The notes under the pieces are model-generated. The model searched no databases, was not told where the DNA came from, and saw only the letters and a list, made by a program, of their open reading frames with translations. Shown here in pieces: positions 1 through 11,173 of a stretch of DNA of 53,111 nucleotides (within the stretch, counting starts at the first letter, position 1; every line of letters starts with the position of its first letter). The stretch spans positions 1 to 53,111 of the IMG/VR virus record IMGVR_UViG_3300025141_014934. One strand, 5' to 3'. This DNA is from a virus. Taxonomy: Duplodnaviria > Caudoviricetes. A program made the position numbers and the translations under genes.

Positions 1-3000
1 ATCTGTTTCCATGAAGGATATTGATAGGGACCGTTGCGGTGATGCATAAGCCCGTTGAACATCTTTTCTTTGCCTTTATATTTGTTCGACCATCCGTAAA
101 CTAGTCCACCTTGATATACTTGGTCAACAAGACCAGGAGGAATGGAAGCTGACCACTCATAGTCTAACGGATACCCAACAGTGTTGATACTAGAGCTTAC
201 CGGTTCATAAAGGTTGGTGTTCAAACCTACAAAATCATCCGGGATAAACTCAAAATACGCAGTTGAAGTTGGCAGTCCCCATGGAATACCATAGTAGCGT
301 ACGCTATCCCAGTAGTAAAGACCAGATCCTACGTCACTACTACTAAGGAATGTTATATCATCAGATGCTGTTGCGTACCCCAAAGCCTTGGAACTCTGCA
401 TCGATGAGGTGATCCATAGGTACTGTGAGTCAGACTGGGGGATAGCATGTTGAACGAACCAGTTGTCGTAGACTGCACTGCCAGGGAGAGCCTTTGTGAT
501 GCTACTTGCAGTCAAGCTACAAGGACCGATACCGGCTTGGTGTGAGGAGGCTGTTGCGGCGGTCAACCCGAAACTCCCGCTAGCTCCGTTAATTATAGCA
601 GTGGCAGAGTCGCCGGGAGTGTCTCCAAACCTATATACGGCTTTTACTGAACTTGATATTCCATGCGTTGAGTGGAACGAATCGCTGTAGTTCGTATAAG
701 GATCTGTTGGTCCCGGAGTATAAGCTGTATCTCCCACATAGCGATAGAACGGCGCGCTAAAGGCGGTACTAGTGCTATCGACAGAGGGAGTAACATATCC
801 AGTGAAGAAAGATAGCTGTGCAATTTCTCCTCGTAAGAAGTTGGCGTAGGCGAGGGTGGCATGCTGCTCGCCGCCGACGGTCAGTATATCAGTGGTACCC
901 ATAGCCATACCCATACGGATGGAGGCGCCCCACCAGACGCCGTCTAGATAACCATCGCCGACATATTTGCTGGTTCCTGCATTGTAATACGAACCAAAAG
1001 TGACGTGGTGCCACTCTCCATCATCCACGCGATTGGCACTAGTGTTAAAGTTTGCACTCGTTGACAATCCTTCATCGGTATCAATGGTCAAGATTCCACT
1101 CGTAGTTACTGTGAGACGGCAGCGAAGTGTGCCAGCGGTGGCGTTCCAAGAAAAAATGGTTTGACTGTACGCAGCCTGTATAGTCTTGAACCATACACTA
1201 AAGCTGACTGGGTGTGGCTCACTGGCGGTTTTGCCACCAAACCACTGAAGCTCTGCGGCTGTTGGGCCATTGAAATACTTACCTGTGTAAAGGTTTGTTA
1301 CGGGCGCGCCGAACACAGCACAGTGCTTATTCTCTGTGGCGTAGAAGCGGCCGGGGTAAGGGATTGTACTCCCCGTTGGCGCTTCTAGAGAAATACGGCC
1401 GGCCGAGGCGGTATTATACGGCACAGCGTAACTGCTGTTTCCACTGAAATCTCTAAGGGTGCGAGGTGCCTGACCTTCAACAAACTCAGAATCATCACCC
1501 ATTCGGTACCAAGCAACCAAACTACCAGAGGCAGGATGCAGTTGGAGATCTGTCGGTCCTGGGTTGTTGTTGTTCCCTGAGTCATAAAGACGCACGATGT
1601 CGCTGCCGGTTAACTCCGTGTTCCAGACTGCAACGTCGGATATCCACCCATTAAATCCGTTATCGAAGAATTTATTTTGGTTGCCGATCCCTATTTTGTC
1701 AGTGGAAGCAATAGAGGAGGAGAAACTTGTTAAAGCAGCGCTCGTATTTACAACCTTGCCGTTAATATACATGGTACCATAGGTAACGCCGCCGTCGCCG
1801 TTGTAACGACACGTGAGCCCAATGTTGTACCACTCACCCTCTGTAAGTACAGAAGAGTCAAAAGAGTCAGAAGAACCAGCATAGGAATCTGCCCGGACGG
1901 CGCCGGTGCTACGGATCCCCAGAGACATTTTTGCATTGTTACCCTGGCTGCCAAGAGCTACCACCACTCCCGTGCCGCTATCATGAGAGAACCCTACAGG
2001 AAACTTTACCCACGCAAACATTGAAAAAGAAGTATTAGTCAAGTTTAAGGTTGAAGCATCTTCTAGTGAAAGATACAGTTTGCAGTCACTGCTGTCGGTC
2101 TGACACGTGCCCTGAGGGAAATAGATTGAATAGTGATTCTCAAATCTCGCATCTTTCTCGTATCTTCGAGCCGTATTTCTGTTGGTCCCCTGATAGTTGC
2201 CGACTACATAATGCGGAAGATTGTCTAACTGCTGCGAGGAAGTTAGGCTGAACGCCTTTATTCCATACTGACCAGAGTGATCTTTAAGTAGTGAATTGAG
2301 TGGCTGCCTTACGCTTAAGTTTCTCCATGGCATTGCATTATATGGAGAGTACTCCTCGGAAGTGTAATCTCTTGTTCCTCTCGCCATCACTTCACCAGAG
2401 CCTGGGGCGCTGAATCTTTCAGTTATGACGGTTTGGTTTGTCGTCCTCTCCGGTAAGGAGTAGTCGACAACACCAGTTACGTATGAGGACTCGCTATTGG
2501 AAATTGACAGATTTTCAATGAACAAATTGTTGGCTTTTCTGCCGCTTGTTTGAACAACTTGGTAATTCTTTTCGAAGTTGCCGATCTTGGTTATACCGGA
2601 GCTTGTAACCTGTTGGATGTTGGCAATGTTAACGGGCCGCTTCGCGTACGTCTCTCTTGTTCTATTGGCGAATGGAAGATATTTATATGCGTTGTCAGCT
2701 TGAAATGTAGTGGGTGGGGCGGCGCCGCGGGTTGGACCTGAACTTACAGTCCCCAAAGTATTTGAGTTACCTGAAGAATCATATAGAAAGCTTTTTTCAT
2801 CAACGCCAAAGCGCCACCAGGCAGCCACATTATTGGGGAATTCCTCCATAACATTCCATGCCCCGGGTCCACCGAGTTTTGAAGCGCCGTAAAGAGATTC
2901 TACGGCATCAATAGTGCCCGTGCTGTACACTACAATCTCGCCAATATGACCCCTGTAGGGAGTGTTGGACGAGGCAGCCACGGTGTCTGCACCAATAGCG

Positions 3001-6000
3001 ATACTGTTCCCGAGTGTAATATCATTTTGAGATGGGTCAGTAGTAGCGTCATCAACAAGTACCCCATCAACATAAAGATATTCATCTTTTATCGGCTGGA
3101 GAAAGAGAGGTTTGGTAAACTCCCTAATATAATGAATAAAGTGCCACTCTCCGTCATTAATTGCAGTACTGCCTTGAATAGTCGGGGTGCCGCCGACGGC
3201 GCCGGCGCTGATGAAGTTGTTCTCATCGATGTAGATTGCAAAGTGATTGGTAACCCCTTCATATATGCGGAAAAGCATACCCCCATAAGTATCAGCAGAA
3301 AAGTCTGCATCCGTTTTGATCCACATAGTAACGCCATCCTGCTGCAGCGGGTTACCCGTGGTGATCTCTCCGCTTAAATCCAAAGTATCAGAGATAGAAC
3401 TAGACAGCACCCTAATGCCAGAAGAGCCGCCGACCGTGTTGTCGAAAAACGCTGAGGCTTCTAGCGTGCCAGTACGACTAGTAGCGGGCCCGGCAACAAC
3501 TACCGAACTACCCGTTCCTCCCACTTCCGTATCCGTTATTATACGATAACCCTCGGGGCGGCTAAACCGGGTATCGAGTACGTGCTCTGGGGATGAATAG
3601 TTTACGTCTACGTGACGATACTGATAACCTCCGACATACTTCTCAGTGAAGGGACCCTGAAGTGGTGTCTCATAATCAGGACCATATGAATCATTATGAA
3701 GATTAGTTGCCTCAATCCCTTCAAAGCCTCCGATTTCATGGATCGTTTTAACATACCCTGTAGTTACTGAGGAAGAATAAAACGTAAACGGAGCATTCTC
3801 TTTGATAACTTCTGTCGGAGATCCATCACTAGCAGAGCCAGTATGGGTATAGTACGATACTCTCTTTTTGGTAGCCGGGTTGCCTTCCGCATCTATAAAT
3901 GTTGGCTTTAGGACATCATCACAGTCCTCAAGCTGTTCGAGATCGGAACCTGAGATATACGAGTAATCGTGATAAAGAGCCATGGACCCTTCATTTTCAA
4001 CACTATCAAACGTTGACAATAGTAATTTTTCTTTTGCATTCGTTGGGGCGTTGGAACCAGCCCTTATATCCTTGACTTCAACTGCCCTGAATTCATAAAC
4101 CGAATTTAACTTTCTATTGAAAGTTTGCTGAGACGCGTCGAGGATCTCTGTCCTATCTGTATTAACACCTGCATCGCTCGATGAAAGGAGCCCGGCGTTG
4201 CGCTCGGCCTTCTGGCGCCACCAAAAACAGTTCTGGCTTTGTAGATTGCTAACCGGGTGGTGTCCGTGCTTCCAATCATATAAAAGCTCGTTGATGCCGC
4301 GGGCAGGATCTTCGGGATCACTAAATTTACTCTCAAGCGTGGGGAACTTGTTCCAGTACTTATTTCTCTCCAGTGCATGACTTTCTACCACAGTTCTAGT
4401 AGTCCCTGCAAAGTTTGCCGATGCTGGGATCAACTGCAGTAGCATTGTCGTTACTGATTGGTCTAGCCACTTATAATACTCCAGATATTTTTCAAACTCT
4501 ATCGTGTCATTTTCAACGTGGCTAAAGAAAATCTCTCGTAATTTCTCTAGATTCTTATAAGACTGACGGTAGCGGTTGACCGACTCGCCAATCAAGTTGT
4601 TGAAATCCGTTATCGTCGCAAAGTATGAGAGCATTTGGCGCGAGACCGCATCATTCATGCTCTTTTCAATTGAGAACATGTAATTCATCGGGCGCGTGGT
4701 GCGATCAAAGTAGAAATCATCGTTCGATGCAACTTTAATCAAGTCAGAACTATCAACGTTTTCCACAGTCTGTTGTTTCTGCATGAAAGCATAATTCGTC
4801 TCGACCACATCAGTTAAATTGGGCAAGAACATTTCGCCGCGGCCCGTGTGTTGTAAGTACAGCAAGTTTCCAAGCCAACCCGCGCCTTGTGAATCTGTTA
4901 GAGAGCCAGAAGAAACATCGATGACATCGAATCCAGCGTCGTTATATATCGGACCACGTGTTCCGGACGAGGAGGAGATGACCAACTCAAAGTCCCAGTC
5001 CAGCATGCGTGTATTAATACGAGGAATGTAATTTTGAATGCTATCATCGCTCCCAGTACCCTGCATCATGAAAGCTTGTCTATACGGATGGAGCCGACCA
5101 AAGCTGGTTGGGTCCTTTGCGTGGGCAAGGATCTCATCATTGTCGAGCACATCCAACCAGGCTCGGGCAGAGGAGATCTTTACATCCGACTGTTGTAGCA
5201 TCGACCCAGTAAAGTTTTGCCTATTTGCACCAACATAGAACCGTTTATGCGCGCGCATGAAAGCTTTCCCTTCTTCCGACGTCATTGTTCCAGTCAGGTA
5301 AAATTCGTGTTGATTCTCACCAAGTTCTACGTTAACGCCATAAAACTCCACTTTGTAATCATCTTCACAACTACCCGTAACCATACACGATTGTGGATAA
5401 GAAGAGGGAGCTACCTTGACAGCAAAGTTCCATCGCTTCGCTGCATACACTCCAGGAATCGCCGATGATGTTAACTCAGGTACAGGTCCTTCAGTCGAGG
5501 CATCCACTTGGGAGCTTGTCAACATAAACTTGACCTCCCCCATTGATGGCTCGCTCTGGGTGTTTTGCTTTACAGCGAATACCTGGAAGTTGGCGCTGTC
5601 GCTGGACTCCCATTGTGTAGTAACACCGTCAGCGACAGGAGTGTGGACTCCGTATATTGATGCGGTGAAAATGGTTGGTCCAATAAGAACGCCCTTTCTT
5701 GTAACGCTGTCATAACCCTGAGGGAATACGACGTCTGCTTCAAACGTCATCCCAAATCCGTCCTGCAAGTATTCAGAACCACTCAAATACGGGGTTGAGT
5801 TCGTGTTGCTGCTAGCGGTCTGTTGGTAGCACACCGCGTTAGAGTTGTCTGCAGTGTGAAAATTGATATACTTTTTTCTAGATGTCTTGTTTCTGAGATT
5901 TTCAGATATCTCGTATTCTACCCCGTCGGCATATATTTTAAGGTCAATTACTTCTTCGTCAACACCGAAGCACCTAACAAGGTTTCTAAACGCGCGTTCA

Positions 6001-7862
6001 GTACCCTTAGATTTATAAATGTGGATGAGGTTATTGTAAACGTTCTCATAAATTCTGCTCTTAACATTGAAGAGATCATCGGCGAACAGTTTATTATCGC
6101 CACGGGCCAAGAGGTCTTCGATAATCGTCGCTTCTACAAACATTTCCGGGGCGGTTAATCCAAGGGACTCAAGCATCTCTCTCATAAACGGATAGGGCTT
6201 ATCTTTGGGAGACGTGTATGTTTTGTTGTCTTTAAGACTTGATAGCTCCTTGATTTGCAAGTAGACACTGTCAAAGTAAGTGGACATTATCTGAACTAAC
6301 TTCTTAAGGGCACCGTTTTCACCGTCTTCCTCTTGAATCCAAGAAGGGAGAGAACGGTACATACTAGAGATGTTCTCGTAATCGTAGACCGATCCAGAGT
6401 TCATCAAGTTTGTCTTAAGTGTAATAACATCCGGATTGTTCTTTCTAACAATCGGATCCTCAAATTCTTTCATTGATGCGCTAGCTTCGATGATCGCCGA
6501 GCCGGTGTTGCGGGCCCCTGCTGCGTACCCAACAAAGGTTCCGTTTGTAATACGTCCGGAATAATCTAAAACTATTCTATCAGTAGCAACGTCACCAGTG
6601 ATGCCTTCGTTAAACTTGTAATAAACACCAAGCTTGTTTGTTGCATCCTCTTTATTTACACCACCGTCAACCTGATCAAGCCAGTTTAGTCCTATCTCCT
6701 TTGCGTTTCTGACAGTTTTCCAATATCTGAATTCGTCTACTGAACCGGAGAGCTTGTACCAGCCTAAGGAGCCAGTTTCCGTAATGACTCCACTACGATA
6801 ACCACGACAGGTGGCACCTATCGTTGCCTGCAGGCTCCCCGTTATGGCTAGTGGCTCATTTCCACAGGCTCGCTCAACAGTGTTTACCAAAGTCCCATTA
6901 CGATAAGTCTTTACCGTCAGAACCCCCGGATAATTAGCTGTGGTTCCGGCGAAGGAGGTGTCCGTGCGCGATTCTACAGAGACAGCATAGTGATTCCACG
7001 AACCGGTGGTAGCAAAATCAAACCCATCATCTACCGAATATATTGGTCTGACAGGAAATGTCGTGTACTTGGATCCACCTCCGATCGTGCCAGATTGGAA
7101 TGTAAATACTAGTCCTTTATAGGCATCACCGCCGCCGTCGGAGTTGTATAGATATAAGGAAACTCGGCCCGAGGAAGCGCCGGCGCCCTGGTCCCATATG
7201 GGAGGAGCCTCTGGGGAGATTCCATTTGACATATCAAATATCATTTGATATGGGGTGGTTGTAGTGGGGTCAAGCTCGCCCATCTTCAACCAGAACTCTA
7301 TCGTCATGCCACTGCCGGAAACGTCACAATAGAGGTTTGATTCTCGAAGACTTCCAGTGTCCCAAACGTTAGATCCACTATAAGTTGTATAGATTGGCTT
7401 TCCAATCATCCCTGCTGAGGCTGTGTTTGGTCCCCCGTAGAAATGGACATATTCCTTCGTGGCTGGGTTTCCCCATTCACCGCTATCAATTGCGTACCCG
7501 CCGGAGGCAAATGTTACGTAGCCGGTTGAGCGCGGGTAATCGTTGTCATACAAATGAAGCTCTAGAAATGATGAGCTATTTTCCCATTGTAATTTTTCGT
7601 AGCGGGATCCATCGTAAGGATAGAGGGTGGTGATGCGATCAATAGCATCTTCGTAATACTTCTCAGCTAAACCAAACTTTACAAAGTTTGAAGCAGATAC
7701 AAAGTCAATATGTGGTAGAAGTCTTCTCTTTTTATCAACATATTCTGCAACGTACTTGTTGGTAACAGAGTTTGTTTCGTCGGCAATCTCAGAGATGCTC
7801 TTGTTATCAAGAGTCGCCCGGTTGCCGCCCTTTTTAAATAAGTTTTTTAAACTGTCGCTCAT
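1..7862 (-). CDS. Giant baseplate wedge/tail protein (gp7/P2 gpI-like motif) with multiple LamG/concanavalin-A-like domains; 3' partial, >=2620 aa
   Basis: Not in the ORF track because it runs off the window. ATG at 7862 overlaps the stop of the upstream gene (ATGA) and reads MSDSLKNLFKKGG...; the same frame is still open at the left edge (...FNGLMHHRNGPYQYPSWKQ). IYKSKGTERAFRNLVRCFGV at ~5960-6020 is a wedge-type KGT motif. LamG-like motifs: TIEFWLK/WNHYAV/SGSVDEFRYW (~6700-7330), DGEWHFI (~3150), SMFAWVK/EGEWYNI (~1830-2030), LSVWFK/DDGEWHHV (~1000-1210). Confidence 0.8.
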   Translation of the reverse strand, partial: MSDSLKNLFKKGGNRATLDNKSISEIADETNSVTNKYVAEYVDKKRRLLPHIDFVSASNFVKFGLAEKYYEDAIDRITTLYPYDGSRYEKLQWENSSSFLELHLYDNDYPRSTGYVTFASGGYAIDSGEWGNPATKEYVHFYGGPNTASAGMIGKPIYTTYSGSNVWDTGSLRESNLYCDVSGSGMTIEFWLKMGELDPTTTTPYQMIFDMSNGISPEAPPIWDQGAGASSGRVSLYLYNSDGGGDAYKGLVFTFQSGTIGGGSKYTTFPVRPIYSVDDGFDFATTGSWNHYAVSVESRTDTSFAGTTANYPGVLTVKTYRNGTLVNTVERACGNEPLAITGSLQATIGATCRGYRSGVITETGSLGWYKLSGSVDEFRYWKTVRNAKEIGLNWLDQVDGGVNKEDATNKLGVYYKFNEGITGDVATDRIVLDYSGRITNGTFVGYAAGARNTGSAIIEASASMKEFEDPIVRKNNPDVITLKTNLMNSGSVYDYENISSMYRSLPSWIQEEDGENGALKKLVQIMSTYFDSVYLQIKELSSLKDNKTYTSPKDKPYPFMREMLESLGLTAPEMFVEATIIEDLLARGDNKLFADDLFNVKSRIYENVYNNLIHIYKSKGTERAFRNLVRCFGVDEEVIDLKIYADGVEYEISENLRNKTSRKKYINFHTADNSNAVCYQQTASSNTNSTPYLSGSEYLQDGFGMTFEADVVFPQGYDSVTRKGVLIGPTIFTASIYGVHTPVADGVTTQWESSDSANFQVFAVKQNTQSEPSMGEVKFMLTSSQVDASTEGPVPELTSSAIPGVYAAKRWNFAVKVAPSSYPQSCMVTGSCEDDYKVEFYGVNVELGENQHEFYLTGTMTSEEGKAFMRAHKRFYVGANRQNFTGSMLQQSDVKISSARAWLDVLDNDEILAHAKDPTSFGRLHPYRQAFMMQGTGSDDSIQNYIPRINTRMLDWDFELVISSSSGTRGPIYNDAGFDVIDVSSGSLTDSQGAGWLGNLLYLQHTGRGEMFLPNLTDVVETNYAFMQKQQTVENVDSSDLIKVASNDDFYFDRTTRPMNYMFSIEKSMNDAVSRQMLSYFATITDFNNLIGESVNRYRQSYKNLEKLREIFFSHVENDTIEFEKYLEYYKWLDQSVTTMLLQLIPASANFAGTTRTVVESHALERNKYWNKFPTLESKFSDPEDPARGINELLYDWKHGHHPVSNLQSQNCFWWRQKAERNAGLLSSSDAGVNTDRTEILDASQQTFNRKLNSVYEFRAVEVKDIRAGSNAPTNAKEKLLLSTFDSVENEGSMALYHDYSYISGSDLEQLEDCDDVLKPTFIDAEGNPATKKRVSYYTHTGSASDGSPTEVIKENAPFTFYSSSVTTGYVKTIHEIGGFEGIEATNLHNDSYGPDYETPLQGPFTEKYVGGYQYRHVDVNYSSPEHVLDTRFSRPEGYRIITDTEVGGTGSSVVVAGPATSRTGTLEASAFFDNTVGGSSGIRVLSSSISDTLDLSGEITTGNPLQQDGVTMWIKTDADFSADTYGGMLFRIYEGVTNHFAIYIDENNFISAGAVGGTPTIQGSTAINDGEWHFIHYIREFTKPLFLQPIKDEYLYVDGVLVDDATTDPSQNDITLGNSIAIGADTVAASSNTPYRGHIGEIVVYSTGTIDAVESLYGASKLGGPGAWNVMEEFPNNVAAWWRFGVDEKSFLYDSSGNSNTLGTVSSGPTRGAAPPTTFQADNAYKYLPFANRTRETYAKRPVNIANIQQVTSSGITKIGNFEKNYQVVQTSGRKANNLFIENLSISNSESSYVTGVVDYSLPERTTNQTVITERFSAPGSGEVMARGTRDYTSEEYSPYNAMPWRNLSVRQPLNSLLKDHSGQYGIKAFSLTSSQQLDNLPHYVVGNYQGTNRNTARRYEKDARFENHYSIYFPQGTCQTDSSDCKLYLSLEDASTLNLTNTSFSMFAWVKFPVGFSHDSGTGVVVALGSQGNNAKMSLGIRSTGAVRADSYAGSSDSFDSSVLTEGEWYNIGLTCRYNGDGGVTYGTMYINGKVVNTSAALTSFSSSIASTDKIGIGNQNKFFDNGFNGWISDVAVWNTELTGSDIVRLYDSGNNNNPGPTDLQLHPASGSLVAWYRMGDDSEFVEGQAPRTLRDFSGNSSYAVPYNTASAGRISLEAPTGSTIPYPGRFYATENKHCAVFGAPVTNLYTGKYFNGPTAAELQWFGGKTASEPHPVSFSVWFKTIQAAYSQTIFSWNATAGTLRCRLTVTTSGILTIDTDEGLSTSANFNTSANRVDDGEWHHVTFGSYYNAGTSKYVGDGYLDGVWWGASIRMGMAMGTTDILTVGGEQHATLAYANFLRGEIAQLSFFTGYVTPSVDSTSTAFSAPFYRYVGDTAYTPGPTDPYTNYSDSFHSTHGISSSVKAVYRFGDTPGDSATAIINGASGSFGLTAATASSHQAGIGPCSLTASSITKALPGSAVYDNWFVQHAIPQSDSQYLWITSSMQSSKALGYATASDDITFLSSSDVGSGLYYWDSVRYYGIPWGLPTSTAYFEFIPDDFVGLNTNLYEPVSSSINTVGYPLDYEWSASIPPGLVDQVYQGGLVYGWSNKYKGKEKMFNGLMHHRNGPYQYPSWKQ

Positions 7863-9358
7863 TTTTCGACTCTAAACTTAAACTCTTTCTCTCCCTCAAC
7901 GTATTTGTTACTCAAGTAATAAATAAATCTTAGAGTGTAAGAGTATCCCGGCTCCAAAGCATCGACATCTATATCAAAATAGCTACCAGTAGTGTCTAGG
8001 GATAACTTTGTACAATTATGATCACTACTGCCGGTGCCATAAGCAAAAATAGGATACTGATCGTAGGTTCTGTACAGACTATAATAAACAGTCTCGACAG
8101 GATAGTTTTCAATTTGAGCTATAGCCTTCGTATAGATATTCGGGTTCCAATTTTTTTGTCTTGTATAGAGTCTAAATCTTGTAGTCTTCTCATCGACATG
8201 GTAAACGGCCTTAAGATTTGTTACTTTCTCAACTAACTCATAATTCAAGTTATAGTTTGAAGAGCCAAAGGTTTTAGGAGTAATGGAAGCAGTATGAAAC
8301 TCAACCCCCGCATCATCATGCCAGATATCAAATAATCTAGTTAATGGAGTTGCGGCAGCCGTAACGGCAAAGGTAGCAGAATAGATGCCTGTCGATACAT
8401 AACCACCGGTTATATTAAGATCATTGGCTGCAGCAACGTCGCCGCCAATACTTAATTGAAGTTTGGAAGCTGACGGCTCACTGTTATCGTCTGAGCCAGA
8501 GTAGACGCTCACATAGATGGCTCCCTGATCGGTCCCGGGAATATCCGCTAACTGCCCTCTAATCACGTTATAGAGATAGAGCGTGTTCAAGTTGTCGGCG
8601 GCCGGGGCTATTGAGCTACTGTAATAGAAGTTCCCTCTATCATCTGTTGTAGAGGAGTCCCATCGTGCCTCGATCAGTGGGCGCTTAAAGAAATATTGCG
8701 AAGAGCGAGCGAAGAATTTCTTGGTGTACTGGGTGGTACCGCCAGTTTCTATGCTTGAAGTGAGGCGTACAACAATTCCGTAGTTGTCCACTCCGGAATC
8801 TCCACTGCCTTTAATCCAGTCCTCGACGAGCGGCGTGATATCTAACTCTATGTCCTCTGTACCATCTTCCATCGCGATATCGAAGACATTCTCATTCTTG
8901 TTTTGATCCAAGAAGTCGCCGCCGGCCGTGGTCCAAGTACTCCCAGAGCCGGCATTAACCCAGTTGGAGCCAGTTTGATCATACGTCAGATCACTATAAT
9001 TCTCCATATCCAAGCCATAACCCTCCTCCCATGATTGGGATACGGGCATGACGGATAAAGTGATGTCTCGTGGAATCGTGGAGGCGTGAGGAGCATTAAA
9101 CATCCGGAGATAGAAAGAGACACTCCCGCTGGCGGGAACGTCGCCGTTTGTTCGGTCAGTAGAAATATCCGAGACCGGGAAGTTGATCAGTACCCGAGAT
9201 AGCTCTTGAGAAGTTGAGGATTCCTGTCCAAAAATGTGAAACACCTCTAAAATATCGGCGCGACCCATGTTGGAGCCGGTACCTCGGGTCACCAAATTTG
9301 TCTCAAAGGCGTTTGTCAGAGTGTTATCTGCATCCGCCGTATATCGCTTGATAGCCAC
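7859..9358 (-). CDS. Virion structural protein with DNRLRE/disaggregatase-like beta-sandwich domain
   Basis: 499 aa. Motifs SRVLINF, VSQSWEEG, WTTAGGDF, DITPLVEDW, NYGIVVRL and RPLIEARW resemble the DNRLRE domain; located within the baseplate cluster. Confidence 0.6.
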   Translation of the reverse strand: MAIKRYTADADNTLTNAFETNLVTRGTGSNMGRADILEVFHIFGQESSTSQELSRVLINFPVSDISTDRTNGDVPASGSVSFYLRMFNAPHASTIPRDITLSVMPVSQSWEEGYGLDMENYSDLTYDQTGSNWVNAGSGSTWTTAGGDFLDQNKNENVFDIAMEDGTEDIELDITPLVEDWIKGSGDSGVDNYGIVVRLTSSIETGGTTQYTKKFFARSSQYFFKRPLIEARWDSSTTDDRGNFYYSSSIAPAADNLNTLYLYNVIRGQLADIPGTDQGAIYVSVYSGSDDNSEPSASKLQLSIGGDVAAANDLNITGGYVSTGIYSATFAVTAAATPLTRLFDIWHDDAGVEFHTASITPKTFGSSNYNLNYELVEKVTNLKAVYHVDEKTTRFRLYTRQKNWNPNIYTKAIAQIENYPVETVYYSLYRTYDQYPIFAYGTGSSDHNCTKLSLDTTGSYFDIDVDALEPGYSYTLRFIYYLSNKYVEGEKEFKFRVEK

Positions 9359-11155
9359 TTACCTAAATGTTCCCTTAATGTCAACTTTGGGGTATTTAAT
9401 TTCCCATATAAAATCGATTGGCATCTCTATAATTCTTCCGTCAATTGTCATATGATCATTTATAATAAAAGAGGTTGCGGAATAATTCCCCCCAGTTAAG
9501 ACCTTGATAGTAACATCAGTCACGTCAACCACCCCTTCAGAATCGTTTACCACGTTGTAAATGTCAGAAATGAAAAAGGACTCTCCCATATTCGGAACAG
9601 TGTCAAAGTAATCCTCTAAAGCTGCCTGAACATCACTCATAACATCTACCCTGTTAGCCCCGTAATCAAGGACTGCACTGAAATCTATTCCAAAGTTTAT
9701 TACTCTCGCATCCAATATATCAACGGTATCATTAATCATTTTAACGCTGGTTAACCACTTCTTTATATTTTGTTTCAGCGTAGCATTCGAAGATATCAGG
9801 CGGCCAGCCCTATTCTCAGAAATAACATATAAATTCAGATTTCGCTTAAAGGAATCTTTGTCCTGCACTATGTTGCATCTCTTTACTGCGCCAAATTCGG
9901 CTGGCATGTTGTATACCATCGTTATGTAGTCTTGTTTTGTGACCGCGCGGTTTTGTGTTGCGAAAGCAGCGTACGCCTTTTTCTTGATTTCCTCTGCGGT
10001 GGGGTAAGAAACACTCCCCACGATAGAATTTTCATTACTAACTTCTAGAGATGATATAACTTGATTTGCAGTTGCAAGATTCAAAGAAGAAAGATTATCA
10101 AATCTCGCAATTGGTCCCACAACATTGTTAAGGGCGCCTGGAGCAGCATTCATGTTTGCTTCACTATTCGTCCTGTATTTAATTGTCAACGTTGTGTCAG
10201 ATGGTCCGACTCCAAGCTTATCTGTTTGAAGAAGACGACTGGGATCGACTGTCTTATCTGTAAAGTAATCGCGACCAATGACCTTTAAAACTACTTGACT
10301 GGGATCGGCGATGGTCCTAGTGTCAAGCTCAGAGTCTGAACCGAAACCAAACTGGAGTACGATCTGAGTGCGATCCTTTTCTACAATGAACCGGCGTGGA
10401 ACTGGTACGGCAGTAAGGACAGAGTTAACATCGTCTTTATCAGAATTCCGATTTCTTGTGGGCTTATATACAACATCTTGCGATAGGTAATCTACTTCGA
10501 AGTATTCATTGCCCTCAGAATCTTTTACTGACAAGACTTCAGTTATATTCTCGCCACTCAACTTGATCTTTCTAAACTTTTCAAAGTTTCCAACGATGAC
10601 ATCCTCGCTCAAGATATCTCCAGATATTACTTGCCCATAAGCTTTGACGGCAAAAAAGCTCGTATTACCTGTTGTCGGATCCTGGCGGGCGGAAACAGGG
10701 TCAATGCCCTCTAGACTCCCGAAGTTCACGTCTTCATTTAAAATGTACCCTCTCCCGTCAGCCGTGGACACTGTTGTGCCGCGCTCAAGGACGGGCATAT
10801 ATTGAGTATCAGGAGCTAATGTGACAGGATCAGCAGGGATAAGAAGATAAAAAGCCGCAGTTCCAAAAGCACTAGGGGTTAGATCCAGCTTGTATCCCAA
10901 CTGTCTCGATAGTTTGACAACATTATCATATTCGATCGCAGTAGGCAAAAAAGACTCGTTCGCCTGATAATCAAGATAGAACGAAAGCATATCGCCCACA
11001 TAAGCTACTGTATCAAGCATCAAGGAGCCAAAACCAGCATCACCAAAATCTCTGAATGTGTCAGGATAATAACGTTTTGCATAATCTACTAAATCCGTTT
11101 TAATGGATTCAAAATCCCTGCTCGTATATTTAACTGCTACTTTTTTCTTTGGCAT
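9359..11155 (-). CDS. Baseplate wedge protein (T4 gp6 / baseplate J-like)
   Basis: 598 aa. YTSRDFESIKTDL, LSFYLDYQANESFL, FGFG and QNRAVTKQDY are hallmark gp6/J motifs; adjacent to gp25. Confidence 0.9.
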   Translation of the reverse strand: MPKKKVAVKYTSRDFESIKTDLVDYAKRYYPDTFRDFGDAGFGSLMLDTVAYVGDMLSFYLDYQANESFLPTAIEYDNVVKLSRQLGYKLDLTPSAFGTAAFYLLIPADPVTLAPDTQYMPVLERGTTVSTADGRGYILNEDVNFGSLEGIDPVSARQDPTTGNTSFFAVKAYGQVISGDILSEDVIVGNFEKFRKIKLSGENITEVLSVKDSEGNEYFEVDYLSQDVVYKPTRNRNSDKDDVNSVLTAVPVPRRFIVEKDRTQIVLQFGFGSDSELDTRTIADPSQVVLKVIGRDYFTDKTVDPSRLLQTDKLGVGPSDTTLTIKYRTNSEANMNAAPGALNNVVGPIARFDNLSSLNLATANQVISSLEVSNENSIVGSVSYPTAEEIKKKAYAAFATQNRAVTKQDYITMVYNMPAEFGAVKRCNIVQDKDSFKRNLNLYVISENRAGRLISSNATLKQNIKKWLTSVKMINDTVDILDARVINFGIDFSAVLDYGANRVDVMSDVQAALEDYFDTVPNMGESFFISDIYNVVNDSEGVVDVTDVTIKVLTGGNYSATSFIINDHMTIDGRIIEMPIDFIWEIKYPKVDIKGTFR

Positions 11156-11173
11156 TCAATAAGTTCTCTAAGT

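Noticed and set aside
644-4378. Short minus-strand ORFs in the first 4.4 kb
   Set aside because: They are alternate-frame ORFs inside the giant 1-7862 gene.
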